Origin: Alphaproteobacteria bacterium
GTDB lineage: Bacteria > Pseudomonadota > Alphaproteobacteria > Rickettsiales > UBA8987
Reading direction: 5' to 3'
NCBI GenBank assembly: GCA_030429625.1
Contig: JAUIFA010000004.1
Coordinates: 205,568 to 269,567 of the forward strand
Length of the DNA stretch: 64,000 nucleotides
Part shown: one piece after another, positions 17,730 through 25,346 of the stretch
How positions within the stretch are numbered: position 1 is the stretch's first letter
Layout of the letters: each line of letters opens with the position of its first letter
The notes under the pieces: model-generated
Database searches by the model: none
The model's input: only the letters and a program-made list of their open reading frames with translations
Told to the model about the DNA's origin: nothing
Position numbers and translations under genes: made by a program

Positions 17730-19957
17730 ACGTAATCGTCCATCAGAGTTCTGGTGCTTCCCTTTTCAAAAGCAATATGCAGCTGTTTCCCGTTGATACT
17801 GATAATTTTTCCGTAGCCAAATTTCTGATGAAAGATGCGTTGGTGTAGTCGGAACCCTGCCGCACTTTGTTTTGTTGCACCGTCTTCAGCGAAACCGCCT
17901 TTAGAGAAACTACCTTTTCTGTGGCGTGCTGCGGGTTTGTTTTGTGAAAAAATAAGGCTTTTTTGAGGAGTCTGGCCATAACCAGGCCCTTGATTATTAT
18001 GGCGTTGAATATGTTTCTCAGGCAACTCATCAATGAAACGTGAGGGAATACAACTCAAGGTCTGGCCAAAACTATACCGGCTGGCGACAAAGCAAATGGT
18101 CAAATATTTTTTCGCGCGTGTCATGGCAACATAGGCCAATCTGCGCTCCTCTTCCAAACCTTTTGTACCGGATTCATCAAGTGACCGTTGACTGGGGAAT
18201 AAGCCTTCTTCCCAGCCGCCAAGGAATACCGCTTCAAACTCAAGACCTTTGGCTGCGTGCATGGTCATGACGCTGACCATGTCACCATTTGGTGTTTCAT
18301 CACCATCACTGATCAGGCTGACATGTTCAAGAAACTGTTCAATATTTTCAAATTCGCCAAGAGCAGTGATAAGTTCTTTTAAGTTTTCTACCCTGCCTTG
18401 AGCCTCCGGCGATTTGTCGGCTTTCCACATATCGATGTAACCCGATTGAGTTAAAATCGTGTCGACTACCTGATCATGGTTTTGTTCATCAAACAGTTTT
18501 TTCCAATGAGAGAAATTCTCAACCATAGTGTTAAATACTTTGTCCAAAGAGGGTTTAAAGCTCTTTTCCTCTAGCATTTTTTTGATGGCACTCATCATTG
18601 AGATGGAGTTGTTTCTGGCATAGTTTCGAATGGACTCAATGGTTTTCCCTCCAATGCCACGTTTTGGCAGGTTGATGATTCTTTCCAGGGCAAGATCGTT
18701 ACTTTCTTGCCATGTAGCGCGGATATAGGCAATAGCGTCGCGAATTTCCATCCGTTCATAGAAACGCAAGCCACCAATAATTCGGTAAGGAATTCCACGA
18801 TTTATGAAACATTCCTCAAAGGCACGGGTTTGGTATCCGGCGCGCACAAGGATGGCTATTTCCTCCAAGGAAAGCTGTTTGATCTGTTGTAGGGATTCTA
18901 TTTCATCGGCAATATAGCGTGCTTCTGCTTTGTCGTCCCAAAGGCTGACCAGCTTGACTTTTTCTCCGGCGGGAATATTTGAATATAAGGTTTTTCCCAG
19001 ACGCCCTTCATTGTTGGCAATGACTGAGGAGGCAGCAGAAAGGATGTCCGGTGTGGAGCGATAATTTTCTTCCAGGCGGATGATACGCGCACCCTCAAAA
19101 TCATGCTCAAATTTTAGAATATTACCAATTTCTGCCCCACGCCAGCCATAGATGGATTGGTCATCGTCGCCCACGCAGCAAATATTATGAGAATGAGTAG
19201 CCAACAAACGTAGCCAAAGATATTGGGCAATGTTGGTGTCTTGATATTCATCAACCAGCATGTATTTAAAACGACGGTGATATTCTGCTAAGATATCTGG
19301 GTGTTTGGAGAACAGTGTGATGCATAACAAAATAAGGTCTCCAAAATCCATGACGCCCAGCTGCTTTAGGCGTTGTTGGTAGGTCACATAGATGGCAGAA
19401 AATTGTTGATCCTGACGGGTGTCAATTTTGTCAGGGGTAAGGGCCTTGTCTTTCCATCGGCTGATGATGTCTGCCACCAACTTTGGGGGTGTTTGTTTGA
19501 TATCAAGGCCTTTTTCCTGCATGATTTGTTTGATCAGCCGAATTTGATCGTCGCTGTCAAGAATGGTAAAATCTTTAGGATAGCCTAAAATATCGGCATG
19601 ACGGCGCAGGATTTTCAGGCAAATAGAATGAAACGTTCCCAACCATAGGCTTGAAGCCTGATCTCCTACCATAGATTCAATACGTAGGCGCATTTCACGT
19701 GCGGCTTTGTTGGTGAAGGTAACAGAAAGAATTTGGTTAGGAAAGGCAAGATTTTGCTGTAATATGTAGGCAATGCGGGCGGTTAATACTCTGGTTTTAC
19801 CGGTTCCTGCTCCGGCAAGTACCAGCAAAGGCCCTTCGGTGGCGGTCACCGCCTCCTGTTGTGCGGGATTTAACGCATCAAGGTCAATCAGGCCAGAAGG
19901 TTCTTGGGCAGAGTGCCAATGTTCAGGGGGGATTGAATACATATTCAGAAATGCCAT
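17717..19957 (-). CDS. uvrD: ATP-dependent DNA helicase, UvrD/PcrA/Rep family
   Basis: 746 aa. Motif I AGAGTGKT, motif II LVDEYQDTN, motif III CCVGDDDQSIYGWRGA, motif V/VI region TMHAAKGLEF...RLAYVAMTRA. Confidence 0.93.
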   Translation of the reverse strand: MAFLNMYSIPPEHWHSAQEPSGLIDLDALNPAQQEAVTATEGPLLVLAGAGTGKTRVLTARIAYILQQNLAFPNQILSVTFTNKAAREMRLRIESMVGDQASSLWLGTFHSICLKILRRHADILGYPKDFTILDSDDQIRLIKQIMQEKGLDIKQTPPKLVADIISRWKDKALTPDKIDTRQDQQFSAIYVTYQQRLKQLGVMDFGDLILLCITLFSKHPDILAEYHRRFKYMLVDEYQDTNIAQYLWLRLLATHSHNICCVGDDDQSIYGWRGAEIGNILKFEHDFEGARIIRLEENYRSTPDILSAASSVIANNEGRLGKTLYSNIPAGEKVKLVSLWDDKAEARYIADEIESLQQIKQLSLEEIAILVRAGYQTRAFEECFINRGIPYRIIGGLRFYERMEIRDAIAYIRATWQESNDLALERIINLPKRGIGGKTIESIRNYARNNSISMMSAIKKMLEEKSFKPSLDKVFNTMVENFSHWKKLFDEQNHDQVVDTILTQSGYIDMWKADKSPEAQGRVENLKELITALGEFENIEQFLEHVSLISDGDETPNGDMVSVMTMHAAKGLEFEAVFLGGWEEGLFPSQRSLDESGTKGLEEERRLAYVAMTRAKKYLTICFVASRYSFGQTLSCIPSRFIDELPEKHIQRHNNQGPGYGQTPQKSLIFSQNKPAARHRKGSFSKGGFAEDGATKQSAAGFRLHQRIFHQKFGYGKIISINGKQLHIAFEKGSTRTLMDDYVENT

Positions 19958-20009
19958 TTGTGTTGTTTCGGACTATCCTAAATTTCCTATTGGCTTTTAC
20001 AAGTAAAAA

Positions 20010-20363
20010 CTAAGATTTTTTACGTTTCTTGGACTTGGGAGGATTACGCAGAGCGGCCTGATATCCTAATGTTGCCCAATGGGCAAGCTCGTTCTTTTCT
20101 TCAATAATGGATTCGTTCATACGGAAATACGACATTGTGGCGGTACCTTTTTTGGTCGTATAGGTGAACGGATCTAATCCAGAAAAATGCTTGCGGTTTG
20201 TGTTGTCGGCCTTAATGTATAACTCGTCCTCTGCGATGAGGGCAAAAAAGCAACCCTTGTGGTACAGGCCATAGCCTCCAAACATTGGACGGGCACTGCA
20301 GGAGCCAAAATCTTCAAGCTGTTCTAGAATATAACAACAATATTGATTTAGTCCTTTGGCCAT
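20010..20363 (-). CDS. TfoX N-terminal-domain family protein
   Basis: 117 aa. ARPMFGGYGLYHKGCFFALIAEDELYIKAD is the TfoX_N core, followed by a basic tail KSKKRKKS. The start overlaps the stop of the upstream EBP gene (TGATG). Confidence 0.72.
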   Translation of the reverse strand: MAKGLNQYCCYILEQLEDFGSCSARPMFGGYGLYHKGCFFALIAEDELYIKADNTNRKHFSGLDPFTYTTKKGTATMSYFRMNESIIEEKNELAHWATLGYQAALRNPPKSKKRKKS

Positions 20364-21793
20364 CAGGCGGCGTTATCCTTATGTTTTTCTTCAACGATAC
20401 CAAATTCTTCAATTTTACGGTATAAGGTGGATCGGCCGATATTCAAACGGCGCGAAACCTCGGAAATTTTCCACTTATAATGACCCAAGGCTTTTTGTAA
20501 TAATTCTCCTTCAAAGTCATGAAGGTTTTTAAACTCTCCTTTCTCGTCAAACAGTGCGATAAACCCATCCTCAGGAATGGCTGCATTTTTTGCTTCTTTA
20601 TGTGTACGATCCATTGCAGAAATAATGTGTTGGAAATCGTCCACACCTAGCATATTTCCATCGCACAGAACCACCGCACGGTAAACAGCATTTTCCAGTT
20701 GGCGAACATTGCCTGGCCAAGAATATTGACAAAGAATTTTTGTGGCCTCATCAGAGATGCCACGGATAGATTTGTTTTCCTGAGCAGAAAAAATATCGGC
20801 AAAATGTTCCAATAACTCAATAATGTCTCCCTTGCGCTCTTTAAGGGACGGAATGGTGAAAGGAAAGACGTTGATACGGTAATATAAATCTTCACGGAAA
20901 CTGCCTTTGGCCACCTCATCTTTAAGGTTACGATTGGTAGCAGAAATAAGGCGTACACTTACCTTTACAGGTTTTCCTGCCCCTACAGGCTCGACCTCAT
21001 TTTCTTGCAAGGCACGCAGAAGCTTGACCTGAACATCAAGACGTAATTCGCCAATTTCATCGAGAAAAAGTGTGCCGCCATCGGCTTCACGGAACTTGCC
21101 GATGGTTTTTTCAATGGCGCCGGTAAAAGACCCTTTCTCATGACCAAACAAAACGCTTTCAACCAGATTCTCAGGAATGGCTGCACAATTTACCGCAATA
21201 AAAGGCTTTCCCGAACGGGCACTTGACCCATGGATTGCGCTGGCAAATAACTCTTTACCCACCCCGCTTTCTCCCTTAATCAGGACAGGAATGTTGGATT
21301 GTGCCGCGCGTTCGGCAAGCGTTTTTGTTTTTTCGATCGCATCACTGGATCCGGTAATGTCGGAAAAATGTACCTGTCCGTCTGAAGAACGTTTGAGTCT
21401 GTGTACCTCGTGCTGCAACCTGTTAATACGGATGACATTTTCTATGCAGGTTTTTAATCGCTCTACCCCGTCTTGTTTTTCAATGAAATCCACTGCACCC
21501 TCCTGTAGAGCCTCTACCGCATGTTGGACATCCCCATGTGCGGTGTGGATAATAATAGGTATGTCAGGACGATGGGGTGTCACCTTGCGGAGTACATCGA
21601 TTCCTGAAATTTCAGGCATGGAAAGATCCAACAATACAAGATTTATCTCATCACCTTTTTTACCCAGCAGAAGGCCAATAGCCTCCGCACCACTGTTGCA
21701 GGCAGTTACCTTGTAACCAAGTTTGTTAAGATTAAGTTCCGCAGTACGTGATTGAATGGGATCATTATCGACAACAAGAACATGAATACTCAT
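20363..21793 (-). CDS. Sigma-54-dependent response regulator (REC-AAA+-Fis HTH; NtrC/NtrX/TacA-like)
   Basis: The ATG at 21793 follows GGGAAAGG; the track ORF is 15 codons longer. REC domain (VLVVDND...LLDLSMP), Walker A GESGVGKE, GAFTGA-type loop GSFTGA, FREDLYYRINV, and C-terminal HTH VSRRLNIGRSTLYRKI. Confidence 0.9.
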   Translation of the reverse strand: MSIHVLVVDNDPIQSRTAELNLNKLGYKVTACNSGAEAIGLLLGKKGDEINLVLLDLSMPEISGIDVLRKVTPHRPDIPIIIHTAHGDVQHAVEALQEGAVDFIEKQDGVERLKTCIENVIRINRLQHEVHRLKRSSDGQVHFSDITGSSDAIEKTKTLAERAAQSNIPVLIKGESGVGKELFASAIHGSSARSGKPFIAVNCAAIPENLVESVLFGHEKGSFTGAIEKTIGKFREADGGTLFLDEIGELRLDVQVKLLRALQENEVEPVGAGKPVKVSVRLISATNRNLKDEVAKGSFREDLYYRINVFPFTIPSLKERKGDIIELLEHFADIFSAQENKSIRGISDEATKILCQYSWPGNVRQLENAVYRAVVLCDGNMLGVDDFQHIISAMDRTHKEAKNAAIPEDGFIALFDEKGEFKNLHDFEGELLQKALGHYKWKISEVSRRLNIGRSTLYRKIEEFGIVEEKHKDNAA

Positions 21794-21940
21794 AATTTTA
21801 CCTTTCCCAAAAATAAATATTGTCCCAGATTGTAACATACAACCGGGAGTTCATCCAATATAATTTCCTCTCGCTGTGATAAAATTTGCAATGAATAAAA
21901 ATTCGTTGCGCGGATAATTGAAGTCTGATAACAGAAAGAT

Positions 21941-22618
21941 ATGGAACCAAACAATATAAAAATTGCCCCCTCGATCTTGTCTGCGGATTTTGCCAAGTTA
22001 GGTGAAGAAATTGCCGCGATCACAAAGGATGGAGCAGATTATGTTCACATTGATGTAATGGATGGGCACTTTGTTCCAAATCTGACGATTGGGCCTTGCG
22101 TGATCCAATCACTAAGAAAACATTCCAGCCTTCCTTTTGACGTGCATTTGATGATCAGTAATCCAGAACTGTACATTGAGGATTATGCTAAAGCGGGTGC
22201 GGACATTATTACCGTTCATGCTGAGGCGGTCACCCACCTTGATCGAGTGATTCATGCCATCAAGGATGCCGGATGTAAAGCGGGTGTATCGCTGGTGCCG
22301 TCGACCGCGCCGGACGTGTTGGATTATGTTATTGATCAACTGGATTTGGTATTGGTGATGAGTGTGAATCCTGGCTTTGGTGGGCAGTCTTTCATCGGGA
22401 AATCGGTTGAGAAGATTCGTGAGCTACGTTACATGATTGACGAAACGGAAAAAGATATTGACCTTGAAGTTGACGGTGGCGTGGTGGTGGACAATGTGGA
22501 ATATATCATCGAAGCTGGGGCCAATGTCTTGGTTGCTGGTTCTGCTGTTTTTAAGGATGGTCCTTCGGGCTATGCGGCAAACATCAAAGCGCTTCGAACA
22601 GGTAAGCCTTTGGCCTAA
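21941..22618 (+). CDS. rpe: Ribulose-phosphate 3-epimerase
   Basis: 225 aa. [40 protein letters not shown] and EVDGG motifs. Confidence 0.95.
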   Translation: MEPNNIKIAPSILSADFAKLGEEIAAITKDGADYVHIDVMDGHFVPNLTIGPCVIQSLRKHSSLPFDVHLMISNPELYIEDYAKAGADIITVHAEAVTHLDRVIHAIKDAGCKAGVSLVPSTAPDVLDYVIDQLDLVLVMSVNPGFGGQSFIGKSVEKIRELRYMIDETEKDIDLEVDGGVVVDNVEYIIEAGANVLVAGSAVFKDGPSGYAANIKALRTGKPLA

Positions 22619-23403
22619 TTTGTTTTGAAGCCGTGTTTTTTCAATACGCTCTTTGCTTCGTCGGTTTTTAGAAATTCAAGAAATTTTTCGGCTTTTTTCA
22701 TGTTGTTATTTCCGGCTACCAATGCTGCATGATATTGTATTTTATCGTGAAGGGATGGGTCTATGTTCGACAATATCTTTATGTTTTTATTGCTGATCGC
22801 ATCGCTGTAATAGACAATGCCTGCGCCTTCTCCGATGTCAATCAGATGCAAATTTGTCCGGGCGTTGGCCACCCGTACGGCATAAGGCTCGAATTGCCCC
22901 CATTGGTTAATATTTTCGAGCATTTGTTTGGTGACATAGCCGATCCATGTTGTTTCTGGTTCAACAATATATAACAAGGTACGGTTTGTTAATTTATCCA
23001 GTGCCTTTTTAATGTCGATGGGCTTGCTTGCCATATCACTCAGGCGGTTATTCTTCGAGGTTACAAGCACCAGACGGTTTTCGGCAACGTCCACAATATT
23101 GTACACGTTTAATGTTCCCGCACGTTTGAGGCTTGTAAGCGTTTGGGGATGTTCCCCGATATAAACATCGGCCACATCTCCGGCCTGAATATTGTATTCC
23201 AACTCGGTTGGGGAGTCAAAAATGGCGATGATGCTGATTTCTTTTCTTTGTGAATAGATGTTAATAAGTTCACTCAGGGCATTGGTCAAACTGGAAGAGG
23301 CCATGATGGTAATGGAGGCAGGGGCTTCTTGAACAACACCCCGCTTGGCCACCGCATTGCTGCTGATAAATAGTATGAATAAGGTGATAAAAATACGCAG
23401 CAT
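22615..23403 (-). CDS. ModA-like periplasmic molybdate/tungstate-family substrate-binding protein (orphan; no modBC adjacent)
   Basis: 262 aa with a signal peptide. [34 protein letters not shown] and [11 protein letters not shown] align along the length of E. coli ModA (ITVFAAASLTNAMQDI, ADLFISAD, LGIVYGSDA, YPVAIVEGHNN). Confidence 0.72.
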   Translation of the reverse strand: MLRIFITLFILFISSNAVAKRGVVQEAPASITIMASSSLTNALSELINIYSQRKEISIIAIFDSPTELEYNIQAGDVADVYIGEHPQTLTSLKRAGTLNVYNIVDVAENRLVLVTSKNNRLSDMASKPIDIKKALDKLTNRTLLYIVEPETTWIGYVTKQMLENINQWGQFEPYAVRVANARTNLHLIDIGEGAGIVYYSDAISNKNIKILSNIDPSLHDKIQYHAALVAGNNNMKKAEKFLEFLKTDEAKSVLKKHGFKTN

Positions 23404-23405
23404 AC

Positions 23406-23786
23406 TTATTTATACAACTCTTCAGGAGGCGTTACAACATTTTGATTTATACCCCATTGTTTCTTTTTTGCGGTAAAAAAGAAACAACTATGTCTTCCCG
23501 TATGGCAGGCCACACCTTTTTGGCGTACTAAAGCAAGAAGGCTGTCACCATCGCAATCAAGCCGTATTTCCACCAGTTCTTGGGTTTGGTTGGAGCTTTC
23601 ACCTTTGCGCCAAAGTGATTTACGGGAACGTGAATAATAATACATTTGTCCGGTTTCAAGAGTCTTTTTAAAGGCTTCCTCGTTCATCCAAGCCAGCATA
23701 AGCACCTCATTATTGTCTGCATTCTGGGCAATAACCGGAATAAGGCCATCTTCGTTAAAGGTAATTTTTTCTATCAAATTGTCCAT
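23406..23786 (-). CDS. hisI: Phosphoribosyl-AMP cyclohydrolase (monofunctional HisI)
   Basis: 126 aa. GLIPVIAQNADNNEVLMLAWMNEEA, YYSRSRKSLWRKGESS, DCDGDSLL and ACHTGRHSCF motifs. Confidence 0.9.
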   Translation of the reverse strand: MDNLIEKITFNEDGLIPVIAQNADNNEVLMLAWMNEEAFKKTLETGQMYYYSRSRKSLWRKGESSNQTQELVEIRLDCDGDSLLALVRQKGVACHTGRHSCFFFTAKKKQWGINQNVVTPPEELYK

Positions 23787-23800
23787 ATTTAACCGTCATG

Positions 23801-24460
23801 CTATAAAAGAGATCGTGACAACCATACTACTCTGCCTAGAATTTGTACAGAATCAGTATTGGCATTGTAGGGTTCATATTTTTTATTGTCTGAGATGATT
23901 CGCAACATAGGAGGTTTGGAATTGCCAATATATTCCAATCTCTTTATGGTGATACCCACCCCGTCAAAAATAGCAAAAAGCCCTGCCGGATTTGCGGATT
24001 TCTTTGAGATGTCAATCAACACCTGATCATCTTCATCAAGCGTTGGGGACATTGTATCACCTAGCACTTTAACCAGTCTTAGATCGGCCGGATCGGTTTT
24101 TAATTGGTTTTTTATCCAAGAAAGTTGAAAGAAATTAGGAATTCCTTCCATGGTTTCAATGTTGATATGACTACCATTTGAGCGGGCAATTAAATGGGGG
24201 ATGGTGATCATGTCGTCTGGGATGGCGGGATTCTTTACATGTTCATCAGAGCTGCCATACATCAGGTATAGCGGGGAGACACCAAGGATATGGGCAATGG
24301 CAGTTAATTTTTCAATGGTAGGATTTCTGGATTTTCCACTTAAGATGTCATAGACAAAAGACTGGCCAACATTAGCCCGTTCTGCAAGCTCATGGGCATT
24401 TATATTGCTGTCCGCCATGGCATCTTTTAACCGCTGAATTATAGATTCTTCTTCTCTCAC
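23801..24460 (-). CDS. XRE-family HTH plus S24 (LexA/CI-like) peptidase-domain transcriptional regulator
   Basis: 219 aa. N-terminal HTH (INAHELAERANVGQSFVYDILSGKSRNPTIEKLTAIAHILGV). The C-terminal S24 fold has GDTMSPTL (normally G-x-S-M) and ITIKRL (the catalytic Lys position). Confidence 0.85.
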   Translation of the reverse strand: MREEESIIQRLKDAMADSNINAHELAERANVGQSFVYDILSGKSRNPTIEKLTAIAHILGVSPLYLMYGSSDEHVKNPAIPDDMITIPHLIARSNGSHINIETMEGIPNFFQLSWIKNQLKTDPADLRLVKVLGDTMSPTLDEDDQVLIDISKKSANPAGLFAIFDGVGITIKRLEYIGNSKPPMLRIISDNKKYEPYNANTDSVQILGRVVWLSRSLL

Positions 24461-24525
24461 AAATAAACTGCCGTCTATGTTACTTCCTACTATCGGTTAT
24501 CGTTATTTACACGCATATAAAGTCA

Positions 24526-24554
24526 ATTGCAATATATGCTTAAATTGTTATAAT
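24526..24554 (+). promoter_or_regulatory. Candidate sigma70-type promoter for the chpT-like gene
   Basis: TTGCAA (24526-24531), a 17-nt spacer, then TATAAT (24549-24554), 40 nt upstream of the ATG at 24594. The inverted repeat GCATATA-N13-TATATGC (24512-24538) overlaps the -35. Confidence 0.35.
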
Positions 24555-24593
24555 CACAGATTCTTTAGAGGAAGCATTAGGGGATTTATAATT

Positions 24594-25232
24594 ATGGGCA
24601 GCATTTCTACCGAAAGCAGTAAGCTAACAGAGCTTTTAAGCACACGTTTTTGTCATGATTTGGCCGGTGCAATTAGTGCGGTGAACAATGGGGTTGAACT
24701 CTTGTTGGGCGACGACGTGGACGATCAGATGCAAAAACAGGTGATGGATCTATTGTCCCTAAGCTCACACGAGGCATTGGCCAAATTGCAAATGTATCGT
24801 ATGGCGTATGGTCGTGCAGAACAGGGGATCAGTGCGGATGTTTCGGAAGTTATAGACATCGCCAGCACCTTTTTTGCCAAAGGGAAGGTGGTGTTGGATT
24901 GGTCAAAAGAGGATTTGGGCGGTTTTGAAACCAAAATAGATATTTCCCTGCGGCGGATAGTTACCCTTATGATTGTGATTCTTTCCAGCCTCACGATTTT
25001 TGGTGGGCGTATCTCTGTATCTCGCAGTAACAATACAATAAAGGTTGTGGCTTCCAACGAAAGACTAAAAGATCTGGAAGAGCTTAATGAAATTGTTTCG
25101 GGCAAGGATACTGTTGAGATGACGGTAGATAATGTTGTTATCTTTTACCTTGTTACGGTGGTAAAAGAGAGGGGTTTCAACTTGTCTTATGGGCAGGGCG
25201 GGGACAGTAAATATTTGGAGTTGAGCGTTTAA
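24594..25232 (+). CDS. chpT: ChpT-family histidine phosphotransferase
   Basis: The ATG at 24594 follows AGGGGA; the longer track ORF at 24477 would start upstream of the predicted promoter. LLSTRFCHDLAGAISAVNNGVELL...LSLSSHEALAKLQMYRMAYG parallels Caulobacter ChpT (LAARLCHDFISPASAIVSGLDLL...LQFTRVAFG). Confidence 0.75.
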   Translation: MGSISTESSKLTELLSTRFCHDLAGAISAVNNGVELLLGDDVDDQMQKQVMDLLSLSSHEALAKLQMYRMAYGRAEQGISADVSEVIDIASTFFAKGKVVLDWSKEDLGGFETKIDISLRRIVTLMIVILSSLTIFGGRISVSRSNNTIKVVASNERLKDLEELNEIVSGKDTVEMTVDNVVIFYLVTVVKERGFNLSYGQGGDSKYLELSV

Positions 25233-25346
25233 TTTTTTAGACGGTTGGAAGATAAAATATCTAGAAAAAGATGGTAAACCGCGTTATGGTGTTGTATGAT
25301 ACACGTTGGGGTAGAAGAAAGCTAAGAATCTTTTTTGGTGGGCGTA

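Noticed and set aside
21177-21716. A 179-aa plus-strand ORF
   Set aside because: It is antisense to the AAA+ domain of the sigma-54 activator and has no motifs.
23801-24460. The CI/LexA-like repressor as a marker of a prophage or mobile island
   Set aside because: There is no integrase, excisionase, or structural or replication phage gene on either side. The neighbours are hisI and chpT, and there is no tRNA or att-like repeat adjacent.
24477-24593. 5' extensions offered by the ORF track for chpT (24477), degP (45492), carB (36381), the repeat protein (15401), proA (16063), greA (39704), cusA (59384) and the EBP (21838)
   Set aside because: The extensions overlap upstream genes or predicted promoters, lack an SD, and add residues not found at the N-termini of these families. 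Internal ATGs with an SD, or with a signal peptide, fit better.
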